Of a stretch of DNA of 18,587 nucleotides, positions 1 to 13,545 are shown piece after piece. Every line of letters begins with the position of its first letter. Position 1 is the first letter of the stretch. This stretch comes from Methanobacterium sp. (lineage in GTDB: Archaea > Methanobacteriota > Methanobacteria > Methanobacteriales > Methanobacteriaceae), in assembly GCA_003166335.1 (NCBI GenBank), contig PMWA01000055.1, forward strand, positions 8,403 through 26,989, given 5' to 3'. Below the pieces are notes generated by a model. It made no database searches and was not told where the DNA came from. It saw only the letters and a list, made by a program, of their open reading frames with translations. The translations under genes were made by a program, and so were the position numbers.

Positions 1-6
1 TTTTTT

Positions 7-567
7 TCACATTAAATAAATTATTAAACTCATAACCAGGGCAGATAAAAGGGGAATTGGGATATTATCATCTATTGGACTATACGCTTCGATTATAGCT
101 CCAGATAAGGCTCCTAAAACTGCTGGATACAATGGTACTTGGGTTAAAGCAACCAGAAAACCCACTACAATAAAAGCCAAAGTACCTTCTAAAGTTTTCT
201 TTTCTTGTAATGGAAGTTTAACCTTTCCAAAATTGCGTCCCACTAAATTTGATGCTGAATCCCCAAAAACAAGCAGTAGAATGGCGGCATTAGCCACAGC
301 TATATTGGATTGAAAGAAAATAAGTGTGAGAATTATACCGATAAAGAAATAAGCAAACCCCCGTTCATCATTCCGTCTCTTTGAACGCTTCAAAATTTCT
401 GAGAAAAATAATATATGATGATTTTTGTCAATACGAAACAATATTTCCATAAAAACTAAAATCCCAATACAGAGTGCTATAAGGATTTCAGTTTTAAGGA
501 AATAACTAAAAATAACAACGAAAACACCCGAAACATGAATTAATTGACGGAATAGCTCTTTTTCCAT
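7..567 (-). CDS. Polyprenol/dolichol/phytol kinase family (SEC59/VTE5-like, CTP-dependent) integral membrane protein
   Basis: 186-aa hydrophobic ORF with N-terminal RQLIH motif, GDSAS..VG..FGK..LP...KKTLEG motif and C-terminal DDNI.IP, typical of the dolichol/phytol kinase superfamily. Starts 6 bp after the purL stop. Substrate not determinable from sequence. Confidence 0.8.
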   Translation of the reverse strand: MEKELFRQLIHVSGVFVVIFSYFLKTEILIALCIGILVFMEILFRIDKNHHILFFSEILKRSKRRNDERGFAYFFIGIILTLIFFQSNIAVANAAILLLVFGDSASNLVGRNFGKVKLPLQEKKTLEGTLAFIVVGFLVALTQVPLYPAVLGALSGAIIEAYSPIDDNIPIPLLSALVMSLIIYLM

Positions 568-573
568 TATACA

Positions 574-2799
574 TCAAGCCATAAATTTCTCTATAACTCC
601 ATGATATGATGCTTTAAGTTTACTGACAGGGATTTCCACTGAACAATTATCTATAACCAGGGAATCACCTCCAACCGTACCAATTACAGCCTTGGGCACA
701 TCAATTTTATCTAATATTTCTTCTATGGCATCATCTTTAACCGTTATTACATATCTTCCATGTGACTCTGAAAATAGAATTTCAGAATTACTTAAGCTTT
801 TATCAGCTCCTGGAATATTTAAAAGATTTATAACCAATCCTAAATCCCCAGATATCGACATTTCACATATTGTAGTCCCTAAACCACCAATAGAGCAATC
901 GTGAACAGCTGTTATATTATTTTCTACATCACTTTCTATTAAATTAAGAACAGCCATTGCAGTCTGGTATTCATCATCCATCCGAACTTTTGGAGGTTCA
1001 CCACAAACTAAACCATGAATACACTTATAATATTCTGATCCATCCAATTCTGAACGAGTCTCTCCAATAATTATAATTTTATCTCCTTCATTTTTAAATT
1101 TAGATGTTCTAATATTATTTATTTCCATCAAACCTGCCACACCTACAACAGGTGATGGATTTACCGTTACTCCCTCTGTTTCATTGTAAAAACTAACATT
1201 ACCACTTATAACTGGTGTGTGGAACTTTTTTGCAACGTCTGCCATTCCTTCTACACAATCTTTAAACTGCTGGAAAACCTCTGGTTTTTCAGGATTCCCG
1301 AAATTGAGACAATCCACTATACAAAGGGGCTGGGCACCCATAGAAATCACATTTCTTATAGCTTCACAAACAGCCCCTGCACCACCATGATAAGGATTCA
1401 GTAGTGTATGGACACTATTACAATCAGATGTAATAGCAAAGGCCGTATCATCATTAACTCGCATTACAGCAGCATCATCACCAGGTTTAACCACTGATCT
1501 AATCTGCACTTCATGATCATATTGTCTGTAGACCCACTCTTTGCTAGCGATATTCTGGGAGGATAGAATTTTTAACAAGGCGTCTTCTAATTTCACATTT
1601 TTTAGATTAGGAAGTTCATAATCTAAAGATTTTTTTAAAAATTTTTTCTCTTCTTTCTCGAAGGCTAGTGTTGGGGGCTGATTAACGTATTTTATAACCT
1701 GACAACTTTTTCTTTCAATAATAGGAGGATCAGCAAGGAGTTTTGTGGGAATGTCCGCTAGAACATCATCATCTTGAGTTACCATCAGACGGCCAGTATC
1801 GGTTACTTCACCAATAACTGCTGCGGGAAGCTCAAATTTTTTAAATACTTCCATCAACTCCTTAACATCTTCCGGATGAATTACAAATATCATTCTCTCC
1901 TGTGATTCAGATAACATGATTTCATATGGGGTCATACCTTCTTCTCTAAGGGGAATCTTGGTTAAATCGACTGTGCAACCATTTCCACCCTTCGCGGACA
2001 TCTCGGAGATGCAGCATGTTAATCCTCCCCCACCAAGATCCTTTAATCCCTGAACATTAATTTTATCCAAAGCCTCTAATGTAGCCTCTAAAACCTGTTT
2101 TTTCGTGAATGGATCACCTATTTGCACTGCTGGTCTATCCTCAATCTCTGAAGTCGTAGTAAGTTCTTCAGAAGCAAATGTAACGCCATGAATGCCATCC
2201 CTACCAGTGCGACCACCCATGAGTACAAATACATCACCCACATTGGAAGCTATTCCTCGTACAATAGAATCCTTCTGCACGATACCTGCACATATTACAT
2301 TAACTAAGGGATTATACTGGAAATTATCGTCAAATTCAACTTCACCGCCAATAGTGGGTATTCCCACACGGTTTCCATAATCAGATATTCCCTTAACTAC
2401 ATATTCAAAAAGATATCGGGATCGTTGATCTTCTAAATAACCGAATCTTAAGGAATCAAGAAGAGCTACAGGCATGGCCCCCATGGATATGATATCCCGA
2501 ATTATACCTCCTACACCAGTTCCAGCACCACCATATGGTTCGATTGCAGATGGATGGTTGTGACTTTCCATTCCAATGACTAAAGCTAAATTATCGGTGA
2601 GTTCCACGATCCCTGCATCGTCTCCGGGACCTAATATAACTTTTTCACCTTCAGTGGGAAATAATTTTAGTATAGGGCGGCTGCTTTTATATGAACAATG
2701 TTCTGAGAACATTATATCAAGCATCCCAAATTCAAGGGAGTTTGGTTTTCTTCCTACTTCTTTTACCACGTATTCGTATTCTAAATCAGTTAAGGCCAT
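574..2799 (-). CDS. purL: Phosphoribosylformylglycinamidine synthase subunit PurL (small, archaeal/Gram-positive type)
   Basis: Motifs [68 protein letters not shown]. Start placed at ATG 2799 (MALTDLE..., preceded by AGTTGA). The longer start at 2838 overlaps the ileS stop (ATGA) and cannot be excluded. Confidence 0.97.
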   Translation of the reverse strand: MALTDLEYEYVVKEVGRKPNSLEFGMLDIMFSEHCSYKSSRPILKLFPTEGEKVILGPGDDAGIVELTDNLALVIGMESHNHPSAIEPYGGAGTGVGGIIRDIISMGAMPVALLDSLRFGYLEDQRSRYLFEYVVKGISDYGNRVGIPTIGGEVEFDDNFQYNPLVNVICAGIVQKDSIVRGIASNVGDVFVLMGGRTGRDGIHGVTFASEELTTTSEIEDRPAVQIGDPFTKKQVLEATLEALDKINVQGLKDLGGGGLTCCISEMSAKGGNGCTVDLTKIPLREEGMTPYEIMLSESQERMIFVIHPEDVKELMEVFKKFELPAAVIGEVTDTGRLMVTQDDDVLADIPTKLLADPPIIERKSCQVIKYVNQPPTLAFEKEEKKFLKKSLDYELPNLKNVKLEDALLKILSSQNIASKEWVYRQYDHEVQIRSVVKPGDDAAVMRVNDDTAFAITSDCNSVHTLLNPYHGGAGAVCEAIRNVISMGAQPLCIVDCLNFGNPEKPEVFQQFKDCVEGMADVAKKFHTPVISGNVSFYNETEGVTVNPSPVVGVAGLMEINNIRTSKFKNEGDKIIIIGETRSELDGSEYYKCIHGLVCGEPPKVRMDDEYQTAMAVLNLIESDVENNITAVHDCSIGGLGTTICEMSISGDLGLVINLLNIPGADKSLSNSEILFSESHGRYVITVKDDAIEEILDKIDVPKAVIGTVGGDSLVIDNCSVEIPVSKLKASYHGVIEKFMA

Positions 2800-2834
2800 C
2801 TTAATCAACTTTGAATTAATTTTATAAAATATAC

Positions 2835-5963
<3,129 letters not shown>

Positions 5964-6032
5964 TTTTATTCTCCTATCATTTTTGTTGATGAGTTCATTA
6001 TAATACAATCTACATCTAAACTTTGTTTGAAC

Positions 6033-6042
6033 TTTATATAAA
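6033..6042 (-). promoter_or_regulatory. Putative TATA box for the ileS-purL-kinase transcript
   Basis: TTTATATAAA about 70 bp upstream of the ileS ATG at 5963. Matches the methanogen TATA consensus, but the AT-rich context lowers specificity. Confidence 0.45.
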
Positions 6043-6126
6043 ATAGTATAATGGCCTTTAAAGAAGATTTATAAATTAAATTATATTAAATAGCTTAATT
6101 AAAAAAATAAAGAATTAAATGTATTT

Positions 6127-6159
6127 AAAAAAAAAGTGTATAGGGTTTAAAACTATACA
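6127..6159 (-). terminator. Putative terminator of the SAM synthetase gene
   Basis: 7-bp inverted repeat TGTATAG (6137-6143) / CTATACA (6153-6159) followed on the minus strand by a T9 run (6127-6135), about 30 bp after the stop codon. Confidence 0.6.
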
Positions 6160-6190
6160 GTACAGAATCTATTTAATGTTTTTTTTTATT

Positions 6191-7396
6191 TCAGAATGTG
6201 CGTAATTTTCCTTCTACTAACAAATTTGTTATCTGGCTAGTGTTTGCTAGCCAATAATCCATAATTTCCTCTACATCAGACTTGACTGAATTCAGATTGT
6301 ATCCTTCTTCTGGTATGATCTGAGCGCTTGCAGCTTTAGGTTGATCTATAGGCTTTCCAATTTGACTTAAAGTCATTATATGAACTTGTTTTATTCCTTC
6401 AACCTTCTTAATTATATCATTCGCCATTACATTGGATAATAGGTTGTAAATTTTGCCTACGTGATTTATTGGATTTTTACCGGAAGTTGCTTCCATAGAC
6501 ATGGGCCTATTAGGAGTTATGAGTCCATTAGCCCGATTTCCCCGTCCTACTGAACCATCATCACCCATTTCCGCTGATGTTCCGGTTACAGTGAGATAAA
6601 CCGATGGATTTTCTGCATCAAAACTGTCTGCAGTATTAATAAAGGCTTCTACTCCTCTAGAGGTATAATTTGAAGCCATATCCAACACTTTGCTTTTAAC
6701 TTCATCTCGCACGCTTATATAATGATCAATATCATCTACATATTGAGATATCATGGCAATGGCAATGGTAAGGGTTATATTATCTTTTTCCCGAAGCCCC
6801 ATTACTTTTATGTCTTCACCCACCTCTGGATATTTCTTTTTGAATTCCGGTGAATTTAACATTAATTCGGTTTCCATGACTATATTCTCTGTTTCAGAAA
6901 AAGGTGCATATCCTACTCCGAAAGAAGTGTCGTTAGAGGATGGTACAACATCTTTCCTACCGAAAACATGCACTAAATCCCCTGATCCATGACCAATTTT
7001 ACATTCCACCACAGTACAAGTCTCCACACACAAATTCAATATATTTTCATTTAAATATTCCTTTGCTGCAGCAATGGCAATCCTATCCAATCCTATTTTA
7101 ATGCCATCAATTTCAGAGATACCTCTTCCAGTGAGCAGAATATCCATAGGCTTTATTATTTCCCCACCACCGAATTCGGGAGCGGATTCACCGGCGGTGA
7201 TCTGAACTTCGTCAGTGTTATGGTGTAATATTCCATTAAACTTTTCCAAATAAGTATTACTGAGTGCTCGGCTTACTGACTCGGCTATTCCGTCACTTAT
7301 GCTATCAGGATGCCCTATTCCTTTCCTTTCAACTACTTCAATATCTTGATCTTCAATAGGCTTTTGGATAAGCTCTTCTACGATAATGTTCCTCAT
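6191..7396 (-). CDS. mat: S-adenosylmethionine synthetase, archaeal type (methionine adenosyltransferase)
   Basis: [81 protein letters not shown]. Start set at ATG 7396 (MRNIIVEE), preceded by GGAGG. Confidence 0.96.
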   Translation of the reverse strand: MRNIIVEELIQKPIEDQDIEVVERKGIGHPDSISDGIAESVSRALSNTYLEKFNGILHHNTDEVQITAGESAPEFGGGEIIKPMDILLTGRGISEIDGIKIGLDRIAIAAAKEYLNENILNLCVETCTVVECKIGHGSGDLVHVFGRKDVVPSSNDTSFGVGYAPFSETENIVMETELMLNSPEFKKKYPEVGEDIKVMGLREKDNITLTIAIAMISQYVDDIDHYISVRDEVKSKVLDMASNYTSRGVEAFINTADSFDAENPSVYLTVTGTSAEMGDDGSVGRGNRANGLITPNRPMSMEATSGKNPINHVGKIYNLLSNVMANDIIKKVEGIKQVHIMTLSQIGKPIDQPKAASAQIIPEEGYNLNSVKSDVEEIMDYWLANTSQITNLLVEGKLRTF

Positions 7397-7763
7397 AAAT
7401 ATTAGCCTCCATTTTATAATAAATATAATAAAATGTTCAATCATTCTCTTTGAAATATAAATATAATTTCAGCTTGAGAAAGATCTCAACTTCATTATCA
7501 TTCAGGTGTATATCTGTATGCATTTTGAAATTAATGATATAAAAAATGATCCATACATTCATTACCTTAAAACTCTTAAAAGAAGTCAGATTAAAAATTA
7601 AAACAAAATTACTAACCAAATTGATATTTAAAATTTTTTTATGAGGGAATAAATTTACTTAAATAAAAAGAATAATAAAATAAAATTTATAATTCAATTC
7701 CACGTTAAATTCCCCAAACAATTAATTCTTAATTATACTAATAAGAGATAATGGATGATATAA

Positions 7764-8147
7764 ATGCCTAAAAATTTTAAAAAAGGACGCATACTTGTAA
7801 TAAATAAAAGCAAAGGAAGCAATTTAGGACACGTAGACATGGCAGATAGCTTCACCTCCAGATTCCGGGGGTTAATGTTAAAGAAAAGATTAGAAAAAGG
7901 CATGATCTTGAAAATTCCAGAAGGACGAGGTAAAATGGGTTCAGCTATTCACATGTTTTTCATGAGAATTCCATTGGACGTGATTTTTCTAGACTATGAA
8001 AAAAATGTTTTGGATCAGGTTACTCTGAAACCATGGCAGACATATACCCCAAAAAAAGCCGCGCGATACGTAGTGGAACTTAAGGAAGGTTACCTAACAT
8101 CATCTGAAACTGAAATAGGGGATGTCATGGATTTCAAATATGAATAA
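7764..8147 (+). CDS. DUF192 / UPF0127 family protein
   Basis: ADSFTSRFRGLM, IHMFFMRIPLDVIFLD, ARYVVELKEG and IGD match the DUF192 (COG1430) pattern. Divergent from mat. Confidence 0.85.
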   Translation: MPKNFKKGRILVINKSKGSNLGHVDMADSFTSRFRGLMLKKRLEKGMILKIPEGRGKMGSAIHMFFMRIPLDVIFLDYEKNVLDQVTLKPWQTYTPKKAARYVVELKEGYLTSSETEIGDVMDFKYE

Positions 8148-8217
8148 TTTACTTGAATATTAATAATTAGCATTATTAACTTTGGAAAATAAAATTTTAT
8201 TGTGGGAAGTGCAAAAT

Positions 8218-8496
8218 TTGCAAGTTAAAATAGTTGAATATGGATTTTCAGAAAATTACGCGAGATACTATGTCACCTATAAAGTTACAGATTTGAATGC
8301 TGAAACATTATCTAAACTCAAAGACCGTTTAAAAGATCCGGTAAAAATTGTATGTAATGATCTGTATCTCACAACTTATTTTGAAGAGGAATATTATCCA
8401 TTTAAAAGCGAAGACTCCCAAAAGAATCCAGAGGATTTCGTGGCCCGGGAAGAGATAGAAATGTTAGCGTATATTATAGATTTATTGGAAGGCTGA
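8218..8496 (+). CDS. Small acidic hypothetical protein
   Basis: Open frame 8182-8496 with protein-like composition, filling the gap between the DUF192 gene and the converging flavoprotein gene. Likely start is TTG 8218 (MQVKIVEYG) after GGAAGTG; TTG 8182 is the alternative. Confidence 0.7.
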   Translation: MQVKIVEYGFSENYARYYVTYKVTDLNAETLSKLKDRLKDPVKIVCNDLYLTTYFEEEYYPFKSEDSQKNPEDFVAREEIEMLAYIIDLLEG

Positions 8497-8525
8497 AATT
8501 CTATACATCCATCAAAATCACTTAA

Positions 8526-9218
8526 CTAGATCAAATTTTTTATTTCTAAAGGATGCCTTAAAACTTCTAAATCCTCGAATTCATATAATTTACGAGTGTT
8601 CCTAATATCTACATCTCTCATATGAATCTTGATCTTTTTCCCACCCTTTATTGCATCAAAAGAACAGGCCATTTGACAAACACCACATCCTTGACACTGG
8701 AGAAGATTTATTTCCACTCCCGGGGAAATTGCAGTACTAGGACATGCTGCAGCAGCTTCACATGTTTCGCAGTTCTGACAAATCTCAAGTTCAAGCTTCG
8801 ATGGCAATACAGTTTCAATATTACCTAATTCTAAATCAACAGGGATTACATATGTTTTAACCCTTCCTTTACCCGCTTGAGCTATTATGTTTGTTATTAA
8901 TGTGTCTGCAATACCATTTACAATCTTACCGATAGTATTAGATGTAGTAGGGGATACCACCAGTAAATCATATTTACCCAGTGAAAATCTACCGGCTATA
9001 GGATAACTTGATTTTTGCTCAGCTTCAGTCACTAATTCTTGATAATAACCTCCAGTCACACTCGTAATTCGTTCAAAAAGACCATACATTTTAAGAACTT
9101 CTTCACCAGCTCTTGAAAGGAATACAGTTATTTTATGATCCATTGATAACATTTCAAGGATTTCCACACTATCTTGAAGTAAATGACCGGCTCCAGTTAT
9201 GCCCCACGCAATTTTCAT
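8526..9218 (-). CDS. dmrX: Fe-S archaeoflavoprotein, probable dihydromethanopterin reductase (acceptor), DmrX-like
   Basis: N-terminal [12 protein letters not shown] flavoprotein (HFCD/AfpA) fold, [18 protein letters not shown], and an inserted ferredoxin-like module with two Cys clusters (CQNCETC.....[13 protein letters not shown]). RBS GGTGGAG upstream. Next to glyA. Confidence 0.8.
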   Translation of the reverse strand: MKIAWGITGAGHLLQDSVEILEMLSMDHKITVFLSRAGEEVLKMYGLFERITSVTGGYYQELVTEAEQKSSYPIAGRFSLGKYDLLVVSPTTSNTIGKIVNGIADTLITNIIAQAGKGRVKTYVIPVDLELGNIETVLPSKLELEICQNCETCEAAAACPSTAISPGVEINLLQCQGCGVCQMACSFDAIKGGKKIKIHMRDVDIRNTRKLYEFEDLEVLRHPLEIKNLI

Positions 9219-9326
9219 GCTTATTTTACTCCACCAAAAATAATTTATTTAATTGATAAAAAAAATGAGAAAAAAGATTTTCGAAAATTAATTATTTCTA
9301 ATCCATGAGTTAAAAGTCGCTAGATT

Positions 9327-10595
9327 CTAAAATTCAATGTAATCATAGGCCGGAGTTTTTTTGAAAGCATAATGTACCTGAGTGTACTGATTCATGAATT
9401 CTGAAACTTCTTCTTTAACATTTTTATTATCCATGACGACCATTTTAATGTATTCAGCCACTTCAATCATATGTGATTTTTTAAGTCCACGGCGGGTTAT
9501 CTCCTGGGTACCTATTCGTATTCCAGAAGGGTCATCTGAATGATTAACATCATCCCAAGGAAGCAAGTTCTTATTCAAAATAATGTTGTTATCTTCCAGA
9601 TCTTTCGCAAATTTCGCTGCTTTTCCAAGATTAGAAACATCCACAGCTACTTGATGTGACTCAGTGAATCCCTGATCCTCACATAATACATTGAAACCCT
9701 GCTCATAAAGGTTTTCTGCTAATGATTGAGCATTTATGATAATTTGATTTGCATAGTCGGCACCAAACTCTAACATTTCAGCCGTGGATATACCCAGTGC
9801 TGCCAAGTGATGTAGGTGATGATTGCTTACTACACCAGGGAAGACAGCTGCATCGATTTTATCTGCGATGTCTTCTTTACATAATATTATACCATGTTGA
9901 GGGCCTGGAAAAGTTTTGTGAGTGCTTCCCACCAGTACATCTACACCTTCTCTTATAGGATCTTGGAATTTACCTCCAGCTATGAGTCCCAGTACATGAG
10001 CTGCATCATACATTACCTTAGCACCCACTTCGTCTGCTGCTTCCCGAGCCTCACGAACTGGATGTGGGAATAGGAAGAGACTACCTCCAAGAAGGATAAT
10101 TTTAGGTTTCACTTCTAATATCTTCTTTTTCATGGCATCGGGGTCTATATTCATTATTTTCTCATCGAAGGGGTGTGCTGAAATTTTAAGACCTCTTATA
10201 CCAGCAGCACTAACACTAGCATGACTGATATGTCCGCCCACCGGAACGTCTAGTGCCATCATCTTATCATTACAACTTGCTAACGCAAAATAAGAAGCTA
10301 AATTGGATACCAAACCAGATACAGGTTGAACATTAACATGTTCTGCATGAAAAAGCTTTTTTGAGAGATTTATGGTCAGATTCTCAATTTGGTCAATGTA
10401 ACCGCAGCCCTGATAGTATCTCTCGCAAGGCAGGCCTTCAGCATATCTGTGGGAAAGATCAGAGGCTAATGCTTCTCTTACACTTAAACTAGTTATATTT
10501 TCACTTGCTATCAAATTTATACTATTCTTCATCCATTCCTGATGCTCTTTGGTGGCTTCTTTAATATTAAGAGCATACTTTTCATTTTTAAACAT
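9327..10595 (-). CDS. glyA: Serine hydroxymethyltransferase (archaeal, expected to use tetrahydromethanopterin)
   Basis: LIASEN, RYAEG...[28 protein letters not shown]-lysine motif [18 protein letters not shown]. Start set at ATG 10595 (MFKNEK), preceded by GGAGG. Confidence 0.97.
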   Translation of the reverse strand: MFKNEKYALNIKEATKEHQEWMKNSINLIASENITSLSVREALASDLSHRYAEGLPCERYYQGCGYIDQIENLTINLSKKLFHAEHVNVQPVSGLVSNLASYFALASCNDKMMALDVPVGGHISHASVSAAGIRGLKISAHPFDEKIMNIDPDAMKKKILEVKPKIILLGGSLFLFPHPVREAREAADEVGAKVMYDAAHVLGLIAGGKFQDPIREGVDVLVGSTHKTFPGPQHGIILCKEDIADKIDAAVFPGVVSNHHLHHLAALGISTAEMLEFGADYANQIIINAQSLAENLYEQGFNVLCEDQGFTESHQVAVDVSNLGKAAKFAKDLEDNNIILNKNLLPWDDVNHSDDPSGIRIGTQEITRRGLKKSHMIEVAEYIKMVVMDNKNVKEEVSEFMNQYTQVHYAFKKTPAYDYIEF

Positions 10596-11006
10596 TACAT
10601 TCCTCCAAAATAAACTTTTAGAACTAATCAATGATGCTTATTCATTTATGAGTATTATCTTTAACAATCATTTCCTGTAGTAGAAACATATACATATCCA
10701 CTAAAAAAAACTTTCTAGTTAGTATTCGGTATTTATTTTTTGATATATAATTATCTTTAGTTATCACGTTTTATATTAAGGAGAATTTCTATTAACCTAT
10801 ATTTGCTGTTGATACGATAATTTCAAATATTTTTTATGATAACCATTAACTGTTTTAACGTCTTTTTTAAGGATAATAAATGTCGAAAGGCAATAGTTAA
10901 TAGTAATAAGTAACATATAACTTTTAACATCACTCCATTTTAGAAGTTTTTAGAAATCCTCTAAGTTGGAGGATAAGATTTAATAATTTTAATTTTTTTA
11001 TATTAA

Positions 11007-11112
11007 GAGGCTGTCACATAATTATTTTCTACACTTCTAATTTAGCTTATTTTGAATATAAAGCTCTATTAGTTCTTATTTTTTTCCAAATTTCGAATTA
11101 TGAGTCAGCCTC
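11007..11112. mobile_element. Putative MITE (106-bp non-autonomous element)
   Basis: Left end GAGGCTGTCACATAATT (11007-11023) and right end AATTATGAGTCAGCCTC (11096-11112) are inverted repeats matching at 15/17. TTAA flanks both sides (11003-11006, 11113-11116). The interior is AT-rich and non-coding. Confidence 0.65.
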
Positions 11113-11471
11113 TTAAATTATATATCTAAATATCCCAATCGAGGGATAATCTAGGTCTGGTGGCGATTTTTATAACCACTCCATGGAATCCAAGGTATCG
11201 TCTTGTTTGCCCAGATACACATGTTAGTGTAAAATTAGCCAGTTAAGAATCTTTTAGGTAGAGAAAACCTTGTCATCTCAATTGCATAAAAGCAGAGTAA
11301 ATCCCGGATAACTTTCAAAACGGATTAACACCTTAAATTTAATGAATAAACCATATTGAGAATTATTAATTTTCATATGTAAAAATTTAAGAAATTTTTT
11401 ATAACTATTTTTATAAAAAATCTTTATCTAGAATCGATTAATTTAATTTAAAAAAAAGTTATTAGAATAAG

Positions 11472-11503
11472 AAAATAAAAAAAAGAAGGGTTTTTTAACC
11501 CTT
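11472..11503 (-). terminator. Putative terminator of hdrA
   Basis: Hairpin AAGGGTT-tttt-AACCCTT (11486-11503) 7 bp after the hdrA stop, followed on the minus strand by CTTTTTTTTATTTT. Confidence 0.75.
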
Positions 11504-11510
11504 AAAAAAT

Positions 11511-13499
11511 TTATTTTGCTTCGCCGGTTCCACCCATAGCAGCTTCTATTTGTGCCATGATCTGAGCGGTTTTGAAGTGGGCTTGTTCAAGTGCTCCAGA
11601 TGGGCAGGCGGCTACACAGGTTCCGCAGCCTTTACATAGAGCTATGTTGACGTGTGCTTGTTCGTCTATTCTTTCTATTGCACCGAATGGACAGAGTTCT
11701 ATACATACTTCGCATCCACCACATATATCGGTGTCCACGGCAGCCACAATAGGCTCGATTTCTACTTCACCTTTAATCATAGGTATAGCTGCTCTGGCTG
11801 CTGCACCTGATGCTTGGGCAACTGCGTCAGGAATATCTTTAGGTCCTTGAGATACTCCAGCTAAGTATACTCCATCAGTTAAGGTGTCAATAGGTCTGAG
11901 TTTGGGGTGAGCTTCCATTAGGAATCCATCAGCACTCCTAGATAGACCAATAGTTTGTCTGAGTTCTTCTAAACCTTCTGGGGGCTGTAAACCTACAGAT
12001 AGAACAACCATATCATAATCAAACTCTGTTACTTTTCCCAGCATGGTATCTTCAGCCCGGATGGTTAATGATTGATCTGGGTTTTCTAAAACGGTTGCAG
12101 GTCGGCCTCTAATAAATTTAATGCCGTATTTTTCCTGTGATCGTTTATAGAACTCTTCGAATCCTTTACCGAAAGCCCTGATATCCATGTAGTAGATTGT
12201 AACTTCAGTATCTGGCTCATGATCTTTGATGAGCTGAGCATTTTTCATAGCATACATGCAACAAACTCTAGAACAGTATGGTTTGTCGATTTGCTCATCT
12301 CTGGAGCCAACGCATTGGATGAAAGCCACGCTTTTTGGTGTCTCACCGTCTGAAGGTTTCACAACGTGTCCCTGAGTTGGTCCTGATGCGTTTATGTACC
12401 TTTCGAGCTCTAGCCCGGTTATTACATTTTCGCTGTCTTCGTATCTCCATTCTTTTTTCTCTGATGGGTCGTAAGGGTCGTAACCCGTGGCCACGACTAT
12501 GGTACCGACTTCCAGTTCCACTTCTTCTGGTTCCTGTTCGTGGTTGATTGCTCCTCTTTCACATGCTGTGTCGCAGAGGTGGCATTCGATACAGTAATCC
12601 TTGTCTATGGTAGCTACTAATGGCACAGCCTGAGGGAATGGTATGTACGATGCTTTGACCATTCCTACGCCTTCGTCGAAGTAGTTTGGTATCTCGATGG
12701 GGCATACATCTGAACAGCTTCCACATCCTACACATAACTCTTCGTCTATGTATCTTGGTTTTCTCTCTACTTTAACCTTGAAGTTGCCTATATAACCGTC
12801 AACTTCTTTGACTTCAGAGTAGGATAAAAGTTCGATGTTTTCATGTTTTCCAACATCCACCATCTTTGGTGCAAGGATACACATGGAACAATCGAGAGTA
12901 GGGAATGTTTTGTCTAACTGAGCCATTCTACCGCCTATGGTTGGGTTTTTCTCAACCAGATAGGTTTTGAATCCCATATCACCAAGGTCAAGTGCTGTCT
13001 GAATTCCAGCTACACCGGCTCCTATAACTAGGGCTTGGTTGGTAACTCCTACTGTTTCCGATTCTAGTGACTCTAATAATCGTGCTTTTGCAACAGCCAT
13101 CCTCACAAGGTCTTTTGCTTTTTCAGTTGCTGCTTCTGGCTCATTCATGTGAACCCATGAATCGTGTTCTCTGATGTTTGCAAATTCAAAGAGATAGGGG
13201 TTTAATCCAGCTTCTTTAATAGCTCTTCTAAATGTAGGCTCGTGGAGTCTTGGTGAACATGCTGCTACAACTACCCTGTTAATACCTTTCTGTTTTATGT
13301 CATCCTGAACGAGACTTTGTCCTGGATCTGAACACATGTACTTGTATTCTTCGGATACAACAACGTTGGGGAGTGTTAGTGCGTAATCTTTCACTGCTTC
13401 GATGTCAACTACACCTGCAATGTTGATACCGCAGTGACATACATAGACTCCTATTTTTGGTTCTTCGTTTGTTTCTTGCTTTTTTTCTTTATCTGCCAA
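11511..13499 (-). CDS. hdrA: CoB--CoM heterodisulfide reductase subunit A (FAD, multi-[4Fe-4S], electron-bifurcating)
   Basis: [29 protein letters not shown]-binding [49 protein letters not shown], and four ferredoxin-type CxxCxxCxxxC motifs. TTG start with RBS AGGTGA. No in-frame TGA, so this is the Cys form. Confidence 0.98.
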   Translation of the reverse strand: MADKEKKQETNEEPKIGVYVCHCGINIAGVVDIEAVKDYALTLPNVVVSEEYKYMCSDPGQSLVQDDIKQKGINRVVVAACSPRLHEPTFRRAIKEAGLNPYLFEFANIREHDSWVHMNEPEAATEKAKDLVRMAVAKARLLESLESETVGVTNQALVIGAGVAGIQTALDLGDMGFKTYLVEKNPTIGGRMAQLDKTFPTLDCSMCILAPKMVDVGKHENIELLSYSEVKEVDGYIGNFKVKVERKPRYIDEELCVGCGSCSDVCPIEIPNYFDEGVGMVKASYIPFPQAVPLVATIDKDYCIECHLCDTACERGAINHEQEPEEVELEVGTIVVATGYDPYDPSEKKEWRYEDSENVITGLELERYINASGPTQGHVVKPSDGETPKSVAFIQCVGSRDEQIDKPYCSRVCCMYAMKNAQLIKDHEPDTEVTIYYMDIRAFGKGFEEFYKRSQEKYGIKFIRGRPATVLENPDQSLTIRAEDTMLGKVTEFDYDMVVLSVGLQPPEGLEELRQTIGLSRSADGFLMEAHPKLRPIDTLTDGVYLAGVSQGPKDIPDAVAQASGAAARAAIPMIKGEVEIEPIVAAVDTDICGGCEVCIELCPFGAIERIDEQAHVNIALCKGCGTCVAACPSGALEQAHFKTAQIMAQIEAAMGGTGEAK

Positions 13500-13545
13500 T
13501 TAGATCACCTGTTTTTAAAATATAATAATGCATCTTAATTTAATA

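Noticed and set aside
7437..7619. 60-aa minus-strand ORF upstream of mat
   Set aside because: Non-ATG start without RBS, composition dominated by AT-rich codons, located in the divergent promoter region; no family recognised.
7397..7763. Possible SAM riboswitch or operator upstream of mat (6-bp inverted repeat TTGAGA-aaga-TCTCAA at 7474-7489)
   Set aside because: No SAM riboswitch consensus is visible, and a single 6-bp stem is expected by chance.
9277..9288. 12-bp palindrome ATTTTCGAAAAT between glyA and the dmrX-like gene
   Set aside because: Almost entirely A/T in a very AT-rich gap, single occurrence; likely chance.
10790..10935. Two 35-39-codon minus-strand mini-ORFs near GGAGTGA upstream of glyA
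   Set aside because: RBS spacing is wrong for either ATG, the peptides look like random AT-rich translation, and they overlap each other.
11150..11250. Possible ZTP (pfl), THF or glycine riboswitch upstream of glyA (minus strand contains ACTGGC, CTGGGCA, GTGG..CCAC)
   Set aside because: The elements are in the wrong order and spacing for the ZTP aptamer, lie more than 500 bp from the glyA start, and no THF or glycine aptamer consensus is visible.
11511..13499. Higher GC and distinct codon usage of hdrA as a sign of horizontal transfer; possible selenocysteine
   Set aside because: Codon bias of a highly expressed methanogenesis gene explains it more simply. There is no in-frame TGA.
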